Of a stretch of DNA of 29,506 nt, positions 1 to 8,643 are shown piece after piece; position 1 is the first letter of the stretch; each line of letters begins with the position of its first letter. Made by a program: the position numbers and the translations under genes. The notes beneath the pieces are model-generated. The model saw only the letters and a program-made list of their open reading frames with translations. It was not told the DNA's origin and ran no database searches. The DNA comes from Thermoproteota archaeon (GTDB lineage Archaea > Thermoproteota > Thermoprotei > Gearchaeales > Gearchaeaceae). The stretch is from positions 1-29,506 of the forward strand of contig JAVVGF010000008.1 in NCBI GenBank assembly GCA_032249235.1, read 5' to 3'.

Positions 1-46
1 GATTAGATGAATAAAGTTAACATAACATTGGGTTTTCTTAGACGAA

Positions 47-289
47 CTAGTTCTCAATCAGTTTGTAATTATGAAATCCGAATGTGCTTTTAGATGCTTC
101 TTCTAATGCTCTTTTTATTTCCTCTTTACTTTTAGGATGTTTTAAAATTACTTTGGCTATTTTTTTATTGTAGTCTGGAATAATTTCTTGAATTTCTGAA
201 ATAGCTGATATGTATTTCGATATTATTTTAACGCACAGATTACAAGTAATGTTTTCTACGACGAATTCTTTTAATTCAACTTTTTCCAT
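47..289 (-). CDS. Heavy-metal-associated (HMA) domain protein, CopZ/MerP-like metallochaperone
   Basis: 80 aa with FVVENITCNLCVKII, matching the HMA (M/I)xCxxC motif. No signal peptide visible. Overlaps the upstream membrane-protein gene by 14 nt. Confidence 0.85.
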   Translation of the reverse strand: MEKVELKEFVVENITCNLCVKIISKYISAISEIQEIIPDYNKKIAKVILKHPKSKEEIKRALEEASKSTFGFHNYKLIEN

Positions 290-848
290 TTCTAGAAAGG
301 AGCCTTCTAAGTGTTATGTAGTTAGTTAATAAAAGAACACCAATGGATATTAAGGAAATTTGAAAGTTGTATTGTATTAAAAAGGATATGATAGGTATAA
401 TTGCAGTTCCTACAACGCTTATTAGAGCAAGAATTAATCCTCCACCACAACATGCAACTGTTCCAAGTATAGCAGGTATTGCAGCAAGCCATGAACTGCT
501 TGCCAAAGTTACCTTCTCCTTTTTATTTACTTGACAGCATGCATATTTTCTGCTATAAAGTAACAATAGAATGTTTAAAGTGATCAAAAAACCAGTAGCT
601 ATCATCGCTATTAAGTTTGAATAATAAATAACAATGAGCCAATGATTAGATAGTGCTATTGCAATTCCTAAATTGCTCATTGATACATACGGAAAATAAG
701 AAATCACACGGCTAAGATCGTAGTTGACATAAGATATCATTCCTGTTGAAAACATGTAGAATATTACATATGCAGAGATGATCGTAATAAATTCTTTCTT
801 TCTCTCTATTAATACATCTTTGATTAATTGAAAGGCTTCGTTTCTCAC
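276..848 (-). CDS. Membrane protein with two Cys-Cys pairs, putative MerT-like Hg/metal transporter
   Basis: About 4-5 hydrophobic segments. Contains YACCQ and AILGTVACCGGGLILAL, which resembles the MerT TM1 'AILASACC' pattern. GTG start; lies next to the HMA gene and merA. Confidence 0.6.
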   Translation of the reverse strand: MRNEAFQLIKDVLIERKKEFITIISAYVIFYMFSTGMISYVNYDLSRVISYFPYVSMSNLGIAIALSNHWLIVIYYSNLIAMIATGFLITLNILLLLYSRKYACCQVNKKEKVTLASSSWLAAIPAILGTVACCGGGLILALISVVGTAIIPIISFLIQYNFQISLISIGVLLLTNYITLRRLLSRNGKS

Positions 849-872
849 AAAATTTTATTTAGTTTTCATCTA

Positions 873-878
873 TTTAAA
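873..878 (-). promoter_or_regulatory. Putative archaeal TATA box for the transporter-HMA operon
   Basis: TTTAAA about 25 nt upstream of the GTG at 848, the spacing expected for a leaderless transcript. Confidence 0.5.
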
Positions 879-883
879 TTATA

Positions 884-902
884 TACTATCAAAAATTATA
901 GT
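884..902. promoter_or_regulatory. Putative operator (ACTAT-N8-ATAGT)
   Basis: TACTATCAAAAATTATAGT inverted repeat just upstream of the TATA box. Shares the 10-mer TACTATCAAA with 1369-1378. Confidence 0.5.
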
Positions 903-978
903 TGCTATATTATAAAAATGCATGAAACTTTATATAATTTATAAAAAATTAAATAATTTAGTTATTTATCAATAATTA

Positions 979-1368
979 TCATGTTTGAAATTTTATATTC
1001 ACTGGCTTACCTTTTTCGATGAGGCTACATGAACAATGCGCTAAAACAGCTCCTTCATAATTGAAAGCCCATTGAATCAATGGAATTATTGCTTTTCTCA
1101 ATTCTTTTCCTTTTTCTGTGAGGCTGTATTCAACTTTCGGAGGAATTGTATTATAAGTTTTTCTTTTTACAAGTCCTTCTTTAGTTAATTCTTTTAATAA
1201 GTCTGATAGCATTTTAGGCGTTATTGGTCTTAATTCCCTCATCAATTCATTGAATCTCAGACTTCCATGATTACCTAGTTCGTTAATTATCAACAAAGAC
1301 CATTTTTTTGCTATTAAATCTATTATACCTTCAATAGGACAAAGGCAAATAACGTTATCCGCTTCCAT
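979..1368 (-). CDS. HxlR/DUF24-family winged-helix transcriptional regulator, Cys-rich
   Basis: CPIEGIIDLIAKKW...LRFNEL...ITPKMLSDLLKEL...GLVKRK...PPKVEYSLTEKG is the HxlR signature. ATG at 1368 is preferred over TTG at 1377 on TATA spacing. CLC near the N-terminus and CSC near the C-terminus. Confidence 0.9.
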   Translation of the reverse strand: MEADNVICLCPIEGIIDLIAKKWSLLIINELGNHGSLRFNELMRELRPITPKMLSDLLKELTKEGLVKRKTYNTIPPKVEYSLTEKGKELRKAIIPLIQWAFNYEGAVLAHCSCSLIEKGKPVNIKFQT

Positions 1369-1375
1369 TACTATC

Positions 1376-1396
1376 AAACTATAAACTTTATAGTTT
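1376..1396. promoter_or_regulatory. Perfect 10-bp inverted repeat, putative operator in the divergent regulator/merA promoter
   Basis: AAACTATAAA-C-TTTATAGTTT, overlapping the TTTAAA box at 1394-1399. Confidence 0.6.
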
Positions 1397-1399
1397 AAA
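1394..1399. promoter_or_regulatory. Putative bidirectional TATA box
   Basis: Palindromic TTTAAA about 24 nt from the merA GTG (1423) and about 26 nt from the regulator ATG (1368). Confidence 0.5.
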
Positions 1400-1422
1400 T
1401 ACTTTATTTTTTATAACATTAT

Positions 1423-2832
1423 GTGGCTAAGAGACATGATTTAATTATTATAGGAAATGGAGCAGCTTCGTTTGCTGCAGCAATTAAGGCTACAGAACTA
1501 AGCGAAGGTACAGCTAGCATATTAATGGTAGGTATAGGACCTATAGGAGGAACTTGTGTTAATGTAGGTTGCATTCCTTCAAAGTATTTGCTTGAAATTT
1601 CTCATTCTTATTTCTATTCAAATAAGAAAAAATATCAAGGTTTAGTATTGGAAAAAGCAAAATTAGACTTCAAAGAAGTAATGGAGGGTTTAAGAAATTT
1701 TGTCTTAAGTTTAAGGAAAACAAAATATGAAGATGTTCTAAAAGCATATCCTAACATCGAATATATTGAAGGAAAAGCAAAATTTATTTCGAATAATGAA
1801 ATAGAAGTTAATGGAAAAAATTTCAGCGCTGAAAATATAATAATCGCTACTGGTTCAAGGCCTAGCATACCTAATATAGAAGGTTTAAATAAAGTTAACT
1901 TCTTTACTAGCAACAATATTTGGGAAATAAATAACTTGCCTTCTAGGATAGCTATAATAGGAGGAGGAGCAATAGGATTAGAAATAGGCCAAGCTTTTCA
2001 ACATTTTGGATCACAAGTTTTCGTCATAGAAGCGATGGATAGAATAGTTCCTCAAGCTGAACCTGAACTTTCAAAATATTTAATGAATATTCTTGAAGAA
2101 GAAGGAATGAAATTTTATTTAAAAGCTCGAATTTCAAGAATTGAACAGAAGTCGGGTTCTAAAATTTTGGAAGTATTGACTGCCAAAGGAAAAGAATTTT
2201 TAGAAGTTGATGAAATCTTAGTTGCAACAGGAAGAAATCCAAATACAGAGGAACTAAGATTAGATAAGGCTAATGTCGTTGCAGATAAAAGAGGTTTTAT
2301 CATAACAAATGAAATGATGCAAACAAGCAATCCTAAAATATATGCTGCAGGTGATTGTGTTTCTAAGAGATTAATGCTCGAAACATTAGCAGCTAGAGAA
2401 GGAGTGATTGCTGCGAATAACATTTTTGGTATAAAATCAACGATTGACTATAATCATGTCCCATGGGTTGTTTTCACGAATCCACAACTTGCATCAGTAG
2501 GATATTTGGAGCATGAGTTTGTAAACAAATTTGGAAGTTGTGTATGCAACATTGTAAGATTCAAAGATGTACCTAAAGCTTTAATTATGAACGAAGAAGG
2601 ATTAATAAAAATAGTTGCTGATCCTAATAGCGGTAAAATTGTCGGGCTTCATGTTTTAGGTTATATGGCTTCAGAATATATAATTGAAGGAGCCTTGGCC
2701 ATAAAATTAGGATTGACAATAAATGATATCATCGATACTGTTCATGCATTTCCAACACTTTCAGAGAGCATAAAGTTGGCAGCTCAATCATTTTTAAGGA
2801 ATATTAGCATGATGAGTTGCTGTGTAGAATAA
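1423..2832 (+). CDS. merA: Mercuric reductase (archaeal type, no NmerA domain)
   Basis: FAD-binding IIGNGAASFAAA; redox-active GGTCVNVGCIPSK; NAD(P)H-binding GGGAIGLE; HAFPTLSES; C-terminal vicinal Cys pair MSCCVE, diagnostic of MerA. Confidence 0.93.
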   Translation: MAKRHDLIIIGNGAASFAAAIKATELSEGTASILMVGIGPIGGTCVNVGCIPSKYLLEISHSYFYSNKKKYQGLVLEKAKLDFKEVMEGLRNFVLSLRKTKYEDVLKAYPNIEYIEGKAKFISNNEIEVNGKNFSAENIIIATGSRPSIPNIEGLNKVNFFTSNNIWEINNLPSRIAIIGGGAIGLEIGQAFQHFGSQVFVIEAMDRIVPQAEPELSKYLMNILEEEGMKFYLKARISRIEQKSGSKILEVLTAKGKEFLEVDEILVATGRNPNTEELRLDKANVVADKRGFIITNEMMQTSNPKIYAAGDCVSKRLMLETLAAREGVIAANNIFGIKSTIDYNHVPWVVFTNPQLASVGYLEHEFVNKFGSCVCNIVRFKDVPKALIMNEEGLIKIVADPNSGKIVGLHVLGYMASEYIIEGALAIKLGLTINDIIDTVHAFPTLSESIKLAAQSFLRNISMMSCCVE

Positions 2833-2833
2833 T

Positions 2834-3958
2834 TCATTTAGAGAAAAGTAATATGAGAGGTATAGCTATGCTTATAATTGTGGCGAATAATAAGAAAGCT
2901 GTTATATCTACAAAAGATAGCAGAATACCTGCGACTATCCCTCCTAAAGTTCTAAATAATCCAATTAATAAGTTCATGTTTGAAACATATGTAGCTCTAT
3001 CGAATTTCTCGCTTATCAATGCTGAATGTGAGAATAATGGTATCCAAATGAATAACCAAAATGGCATTGCGTAAAATATAGCAAATATAATTAAGTCTGG
3101 ATAAATTAGCAACGTTGCATAATAAGCCGGGTAATATATTGAACCTATCAATAACACTCTTTTTGTGCCCAATCTATCTACGAGATTACCTATATAGGGT
3201 GAAGTTATCATGCCTGCTAATGTTGAGAGTGCATTAACTAATCCCCAATCTAACACGCTACCCTTCAGTACAGTTACATAATATACAGGCACTATAGAAT
3301 ATACAAAAGCAGGTGCAAACACAAGCATAGAGTATATCAAAGTAATTTTCGATGTAGCTTTAAATAATTTAATTATATTAATATCATGATAATTTGGATT
3401 ATAAATTCGTTCTTCTTTAAAAAATAAAAAAATTATTGATATTAAAATACCTAATAGACTTATTGAAATTGATGTAACTCTGAAACTTAAGTAATAAATT
3501 ATAAATCCAAATAATATGCTTCCTATAAAATAACCTAAGTTTATATAAAGAAAAACTTTACCTACCGAGCTTCCCATTTGTTTACTTCTTTCTGTTTCAT
3601 AAGAAACAAACAATGGCTGACCGATCTGCAATATTGCAGAAGCAAGTATTAGAATCAAAATAGTGATTATTCTATTGTCTTCAAAGAAAGTAGAAAGTAA
3701 AAGCATCGTTGATCCAATCAACAAAGAAGTTATTGCATATCTCAATCTATAGCCTGTTTTATCTGAAATCGGTGCAATGAATATTGGAGTTATTCCCATT
3801 GAAAAAGCAGAAGCAGCATATATCAAAGCTGTTGCCAAAATCCCATTTAAGCTGTATGCATATATTCCTATGAATATCAATGGATAAGTTATGAGTAAAC
3901 CATATATTACATAAAGTATGATAGGAACGAATTTACTTAGTGATTTTTGTTCCTGCAT
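2834..3958 (-). CDS. Major facilitator superfamily transporter
   Basis: About 12 hydrophobic segments. MFS motif-A-like sequences APISDKTGYR and GNLVDRLGTKR. Confidence 0.85.
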   Translation of the reverse strand: MQEQKSLSKFVPIILYVIYGLLITYPLIFIGIYAYSLNGILATALIYAASAFSMGITPIFIAPISDKTGYRLRYAITSLLIGSTMLLLSTFFEDNRIITILILILASAILQIGQPLFVSYETERSKQMGSSVGKVFLYINLGYFIGSILFGFIIYYLSFRVTSISISLLGILISIIFLFFKEERIYNPNYHDINIIKLFKATSKITLIYSMLVFAPAFVYSIVPVYYVTVLKGSVLDWGLVNALSTLAGMITSPYIGNLVDRLGTKRVLLIGSIYYPAYYATLLIYPDLIIFAIFYAMPFWLFIWIPLFSHSALISEKFDRATYVSNMNLLIGLFRTLGGIVAGILLSFVDITAFLLFATIISIAIPLILLFSK

Positions 3959-4826
3959 TACCGTATATTGCTTCTAATATCTTGTCGGTTGATGTAATTA
4001 TAGCTTGCTTTCCTCCATTTTCTAAAAATTTTATACATGCAATTATCTTTGGCTTCATACTACCTTCAAGAAAGTGTCCTTCATCAAGATATTTTTTAGC
4101 TTCTTCTAAACTCATTTCATCTATGCTCTTTTCATTTTCCTTCATGAAATTCAGTTTAACTTTCTCAATATTTGTAGCTATTAAAAGTTTATCGTATTTC
4201 AATTCGCTTGCTAACAAGGAGCTAGTTAAATCTTTATCTATTACTGCTTCAATACCTTCAATATATCCTTTCTCATTAATTACAACAGGTATTCCTCCGC
4301 CTCCGCAAGATATCACAATTCCTTCTTCACTTAGTTTCTTAATTGCATTTATCTCTAAGATTGAGATAGGTCTTGGAGAAGGTACAACTCTTCTATATCC
4401 TATCTTATCTCCCATCGTAACCTTTTTCAACGTATATCCTTGATTAATTAGTTTCAAGGCTTCTTCTTCGTCATATAAAGGCCCTATAGGCTTCGTAGGA
4501 TTCAAGAATGCTTCATCCTTTCTATCAACTAACACTCTTGTTATTATCACATATATCTTATCATTGCTTTTGAGATAATATTGCAAGGCTTGTTGGATTT
4601 TATAGCCAATTTGAGCTTGAGTCATGGCAACTAACGTATCTAAGCTTTCTTTATTTTTTACAGCCTCGTGCATAAGTAGCAATTCTCCGATTTGAGGCCC
4701 ATTTCCATGTGTTAAAACCAATTTAAAGCCCCTTTCATGCAATAGAGCAATTTGTGCACAAACTTTATATAAAGCACTAACTTCTTCGATTGCATTACCT
4801 CCAATTGCGATGACTATTTTTTCCAT
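3933..4826 (-). CDS. arcC: Carbamate kinase
   Basis: IAIGGNA, THGNGPQIG, NPTKPIGP, GYRRVVPSPRP, CGGGGIPV, EAVIDKD, GSMKPK motifs. Confidence 0.93.
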   Translation of the reverse strand: MEKIVIAIGGNAIEEVSALYKVCAQIALLHERGFKLVLTHGNGPQIGELLLMHEAVKNKESLDTLVAMTQAQIGYKIQQALQYYLKSNDKIYVIITRVLVDRKDEAFLNPTKPIGPLYDEEEALKLINQGYTLKKVTMGDKIGYRRVVPSPRPISILEINAIKKLSEEGIVISCGGGGIPVVINEKGYIEGIEAVIDKDLTSSLLASELKYDKLLIATNIEKVKLNFMKENEKSIDEMSLEEAKKYLDEGHFLEGSMKPKIIACIKFLENGGKQAIITSTDKILEAIYGNAGTKITK

Positions 4827-5068
4827 TGGATAGGAATTATGTTGTTATTGAGCAAAATAAGGTTATCGAATAGTTATGAGTATTTTTCGATAGTAGGAGA
4901 ATGTATTGCAATTTAGATATTGGCGTTAATTAAAGATTATAATTAACCCATGTATGCATAATTAACTTTTTAAACCATTATATCTTTAAGCTCACTACTT
5001 ATTATTAATATCTTCATGCTAAGAAAGGATTTCATAAAATTATTCCTTCTTCATATTTTTCGAATTCG

Positions 5069-5824
5069 TTATAATTTATATATTGTTTCTAAAGCAATAT
5101 GAACAGCTTCTTCCTCCATTACTCTTAGCTCTTCAGTTCTCCAACTGCTTATCCATTTCTCGCCATATAATAAATCAGAAATTACTAGCAAAATTGCAAT
5201 ATCTACGTTTCTATAATCTGCAACTGTCATCAAAGCAGTAGATTCCATATCTAAGCATAATATTCCTTTATTTCTATATTCCTCTATCTTATCTTCAGTT
5301 TCTCTAAAAAATGCATCTATGCTCCAAACTCCTCCAATATGTAACTTGTTTTCATATCCTCTTTCTTTTATAGTGTTTATCAACTCATTTTGTATATAAT
5401 TATTTAACTTAGGTATGTAATCAGGAGGTTTATAATGATAGCTCGTCCCTTCTTCTCTAATTCCCCATATAGGCAAAACCAAATCTGTAAGCTTAACTCT
5501 AGGATCTATAGCAGCAGCTTCACCAACAATTATAAACTTATTTATTTTATGTGCAATGGCTATTTCGAAAGCAACTATTGTTGCAGGAGCTCCATAACAT
5601 GGTCCCAAAACAGACAGTTTGGCATCTTTATACATCACTCTATACGGATAATTACTTGGATATTTAATTTCATCGATTGGTTTAGTTAATTTTTTTATTG
5701 CATTAACCATTGTATTTGTAAAAACTAAGATAGCTTTATTTGGAAATTCTAGATTAGATATAAAATATTGGGGTTCAACGCGAGGCCTCCCTTTACCTAG
5801 TTTTATCCCATAATTTAAACTCAT
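5069..5824 (-). CDS. Nucleoside phosphorylase (PNP/UDP family 1)
   Basis: GAPAT, IREEGTSYHY, VWSIDAFFRET, LDMESTAL, VISD motifs. The start could be the ATG at 5824 or the GTG at 5836. Confidence 0.85.
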   Translation of the reverse strand: MSLNYGIKLGKGRPRVEPQYFISNLEFPNKAILVFTNTMVNAIKKLTKPIDEIKYPSNYPYRVMYKDAKLSVLGPCYGAPATIVAFEIAIAHKINKFIIVGEAAAIDPRVKLTDLVLPIWGIREEGTSYHYKPPDYIPKLNNYIQNELINTIKERGYENKLHIGGVWSIDAFFRETEDKIEEYRNKGILCLDMESTALMTVADYRNVDIAILLVISDLLYGEKWISSWRTEELRVMEEEAVHIALETIYKL

Positions 5825-5866
5825 TGCACACTTCAATTTAATATATTTTAATTAAAATTTTGATAA

Positions 5867-8344
5867 GTGTCATCGGAATTAAAAATTCCTGAAAAAGTAT
5901 ATCAAAAATATAGTGATCTCTTCGGAGATAAAAAGATAAATGAAAGAATTGTTAGTGTTGAAAATTTAATTGAAGAGCTTGTAAAGGAATTCGGCGAAGA
6001 GATAAGGAGAATAATTAACAAGAGAAGAAAATGGTTAGAATCTAAGGAACCTGTAGCAGTTAAGGGTTCTTTCCCTGCTTTTGATGAATTGTTTATGGAT
6101 GCTGACGGAAATAAAAGAACTTTCAGAGAAATCATTCAAGGCATGATGGATAATTTCCTTGGGATACAATCTAAGCTAGCATGGAGATTAAATGCAAATG
6201 TGCCAATACCAAATGATGTGCATCCTCTTAAAAATCCAGGATTAGAAATCACTGGACCATGGTATCCTTTAAGCAGAGCTTATCATCAAATAAATGCAGA
6301 TGTAGCATCAGCCATGGAAGATGAAGAAGATGCCTCACCTGCATGGTATGTTCCATATGCTTCAGGCAAAGAAATCGCAGATGTATGGGAAGCTAGAAAA
6401 AACGTAAAACATTTTCTTTCTGGTAAAGCTCCAAGTTATTATCATGAGAAAGGAAAAATCTATAGCTTAAACAAACCTAGAGAGAAATGGCCTGCCATTT
6501 TTCACAGACTTCCTGGTTTACATGTTCTTGATTTTGATATAACATTTGGTGGCAAGCCTGTACCAGCTATAATTGTATCTGCTGTTATCTATACTTTGAA
6601 TAACTATGAGAGTCTGAAAAGTGCAGGTTCTAGTGTATATTTTTATTTGCCAAAAATACAAACACCTGATGAAGCTCTATTAGTGGAGAAAATACTTAGA
6701 AAGATAGAATCTAAGTTAGGACTTAAAATTGGCACGTTGAAAATTGCTCTTCTTTATGAGGAAGTAAATGCAGGAAGATTCTTTCCAGTCATATTATGGA
6801 TTTTCAGAGAAAGATTGATCAAGTCGAATAACGGTAGATGGGATTATTTGGGTAGTCTAATTGAAATGTGGCTTCAAGAAAAAGTCCTTCCCGATCCTCA
6901 AAACATTACTATGACTTCACCAAACATGATGGCTTATCAAAAGTACAATGCGCTAATGATGTTATTAGCCGGTGCAAAGAATGGAGAAGCAGATGCAGCT
7001 CCAGTAGGAGGCATGGCTGCAGTGATGCTATATCAGCAAACTGATCCTTTTGGAAGATATAAATATAATGCAAAGGCATTAAGGAGCATAAAGCTGGATA
7101 AGCTAAGAGAAAGATTAATAGGGCTAATATTTTTTACAGAGGAAAAGATTGCAGATAAAATTACTCTTAAGGATATAATTAGCGGAAAAGTAAAAGGCAA
7201 GCTCTATGACATGTTTAGACAGAGCTGGGTTGCGACTAAGGAAGAAGCCTATGTAGATGCAGGAAATAAACCTTTGAGGGCAAGTTTAGAAGAACTACAT
7301 GAAATGATAACTGCGCCTGTTCAGTATATTGATGTTGAAGGAACAAAACTACCTAGCGTAGAGAGTGGATTAACAACCGAAGAAATTGCGCTTTTCCAAA
7401 AATTAGGTCTCATTAATGAGAAGGGTGAAATCACTCCTTGGCTCATAACAAAGGATATGATCGACACGCCGGAAAAATTATTCTTCAACAAAGAATTGTG
7501 GGGAGGAAAAGATCTCTGGTATGCATTGTATGATATTCCTGAAGGGGAAATTACACCTGAGCACGTTCAGCATGCCTTTTATATGGCTGCAAACTATGGT
7601 TTCCAATTACTTAATGGTAACTTGGCTGCAGCAATAGATGATTATGAACTAAAGCAGAGATTTATGAATGATCTAGCAACATATAGAATATTTACTTCTT
7701 GGCTTTGGAGTGTAATAAATAAAGATGCTAAAATAACTAAGGAAGGATATATTAAAGGTCCTAAATTAACTAAAGACGGCGTAATCCCTGCTGAAGAAGT
7801 ATTTAAGGTTAGCAAAGGGACAAAAGTAAAAGATATTTTTGAGAATTTATGGAAGTTGCACTTTGAGTGGACGTATGATTTTTACAGAGAGCAAGATATA
7901 AGGGTAGCTAAAAGATTAATAGAGCGTTTTGGAAAAGTAAAAGATGATCATCTCATAAAAGAAGTATATAAGATCGTATCAAAAGCTTATAGTTCAGGAC
8001 CTTTTAGAGAATTGTCTTCTAAAGAGGCGTCTCAGGAACTAGCGAAAATATTCAACATTAGTCCAATTGAGATAGAAAAAGAGCTTATTGATTTAGCTCC
8101 TAGATTCGATAGAGCAATGGCACCAGTTATTATGGAAATATTGATGAAGCAATTGCTATATCCAAAATACATAATGAATGGTGGAAGAATACTCTTCATC
8201 CTTTCTCCCTTAGATCCAGAGAATAGATTGAAGGTAATGGATAGTTTATTTTCTTTTAGAGAAATTGTAGAAGATAAAGTGAGGAGAGGTGAATTGGATA
8301 AATCTATTTTAGAATTATATGATTACATCTACGATTATTACTAA
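5867..8344 (+). CDS. aceB: Malate synthase, long Sulfolobus-type
   Basis: LEITGP, YFYLPKIQ, NNGRWDYLGS, GGMAA, FMNDLATYRI motifs; 825 aa; adjacent to isocitrate lyase. Confidence 0.88.
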   Translation: MSSELKIPEKVYQKYSDLFGDKKINERIVSVENLIEELVKEFGEEIRRIINKRRKWLESKEPVAVKGSFPAFDELFMDADGNKRTFREIIQGMMDNFLGIQSKLAWRLNANVPIPNDVHPLKNPGLEITGPWYPLSRAYHQINADVASAMEDEEDASPAWYVPYASGKEIADVWEARKNVKHFLSGKAPSYYHEKGKIYSLNKPREKWPAIFHRLPGLHVLDFDITFGGKPVPAIIVSAVIYTLNNYESLKSAGSSVYFYLPKIQTPDEALLVEKILRKIESKLGLKIGTLKIALLYEEVNAGRFFPVILWIFRERLIKSNNGRWDYLGSLIEMWLQEKVLPDPQNITMTSPNMMAYQKYNALMMLLAGAKNGEADAAPVGGMAAVMLYQQTDPFGRYKYNAKALRSIKLDKLRERLIGLIFFTEEKIADKITLKDIISGKVKGKLYDMFRQSWVATKEEAYVDAGNKPLRASLEELHEMITAPVQYIDVEGTKLPSVESGLTTEEIALFQKLGLINEKGEITPWLITKDMIDTPEKLFFNKELWGGKDLWYALYDIPEGEITPEHVQHAFYMAANYGFQLLNGNLAAAIDDYELKQRFMNDLATYRIFTSWLWSVINKDAKITKEGYIKGPKLTKDGVIPAEEVFKVSKGTKVKDIFENLWKLHFEWTYDFYREQDIRVAKRLIERFGKVKDDHLIKEVYKIVSKAYSSGPFRELSSKEASQELAKIFNISPIEIEKELIDLAPRFDRAMAPVIMEILMKQLLYPKYIMNGGRILFILSPLDPENRLKVMDSLFSFREIVEDKVRRGELDKSILELYDYIYDYY

Positions 8345-8643
8345 GGATCAAATACTAATATTTTGAAACATTATACTCAAATTATTATTGAGAATGTTAA
8401 GCTTGGAAAGACGATATTAGTTTAAGACGTCTATGAACTCTAATTTTCATATTCATGATAAATAAAGCTTAAGTTAAGAGATTTTAGTCATACTTTGTCT
8501 ACTATAGATTATAAATGTTTTAGAGCATGTTTGTTATTATGCACATTTTTGCTATTAAGGAATGCTGACGTTAACTAATATTATTTTTAAACAAGTTCTG
8601 TTAAAATATTGTTCACATTAAAGATTTATATAACTATTAAAGT

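Noticed and set aside
1423-2832. Dihydrolipoamide dehydrogenase as an alternative call
   Set aside because: It has a C-terminal CC pair, lacks the HPTxxE His-Glu dyad (reads FPTLSE), and sits among metal-handling genes, all favouring MerA.
8345-8643. 300-bp gap between aceB and aceA as a possible ncRNA or IS remnant
   Set aside because: AT-rich, with no stable hairpins, terminal inverted repeats or credible ORF seen.
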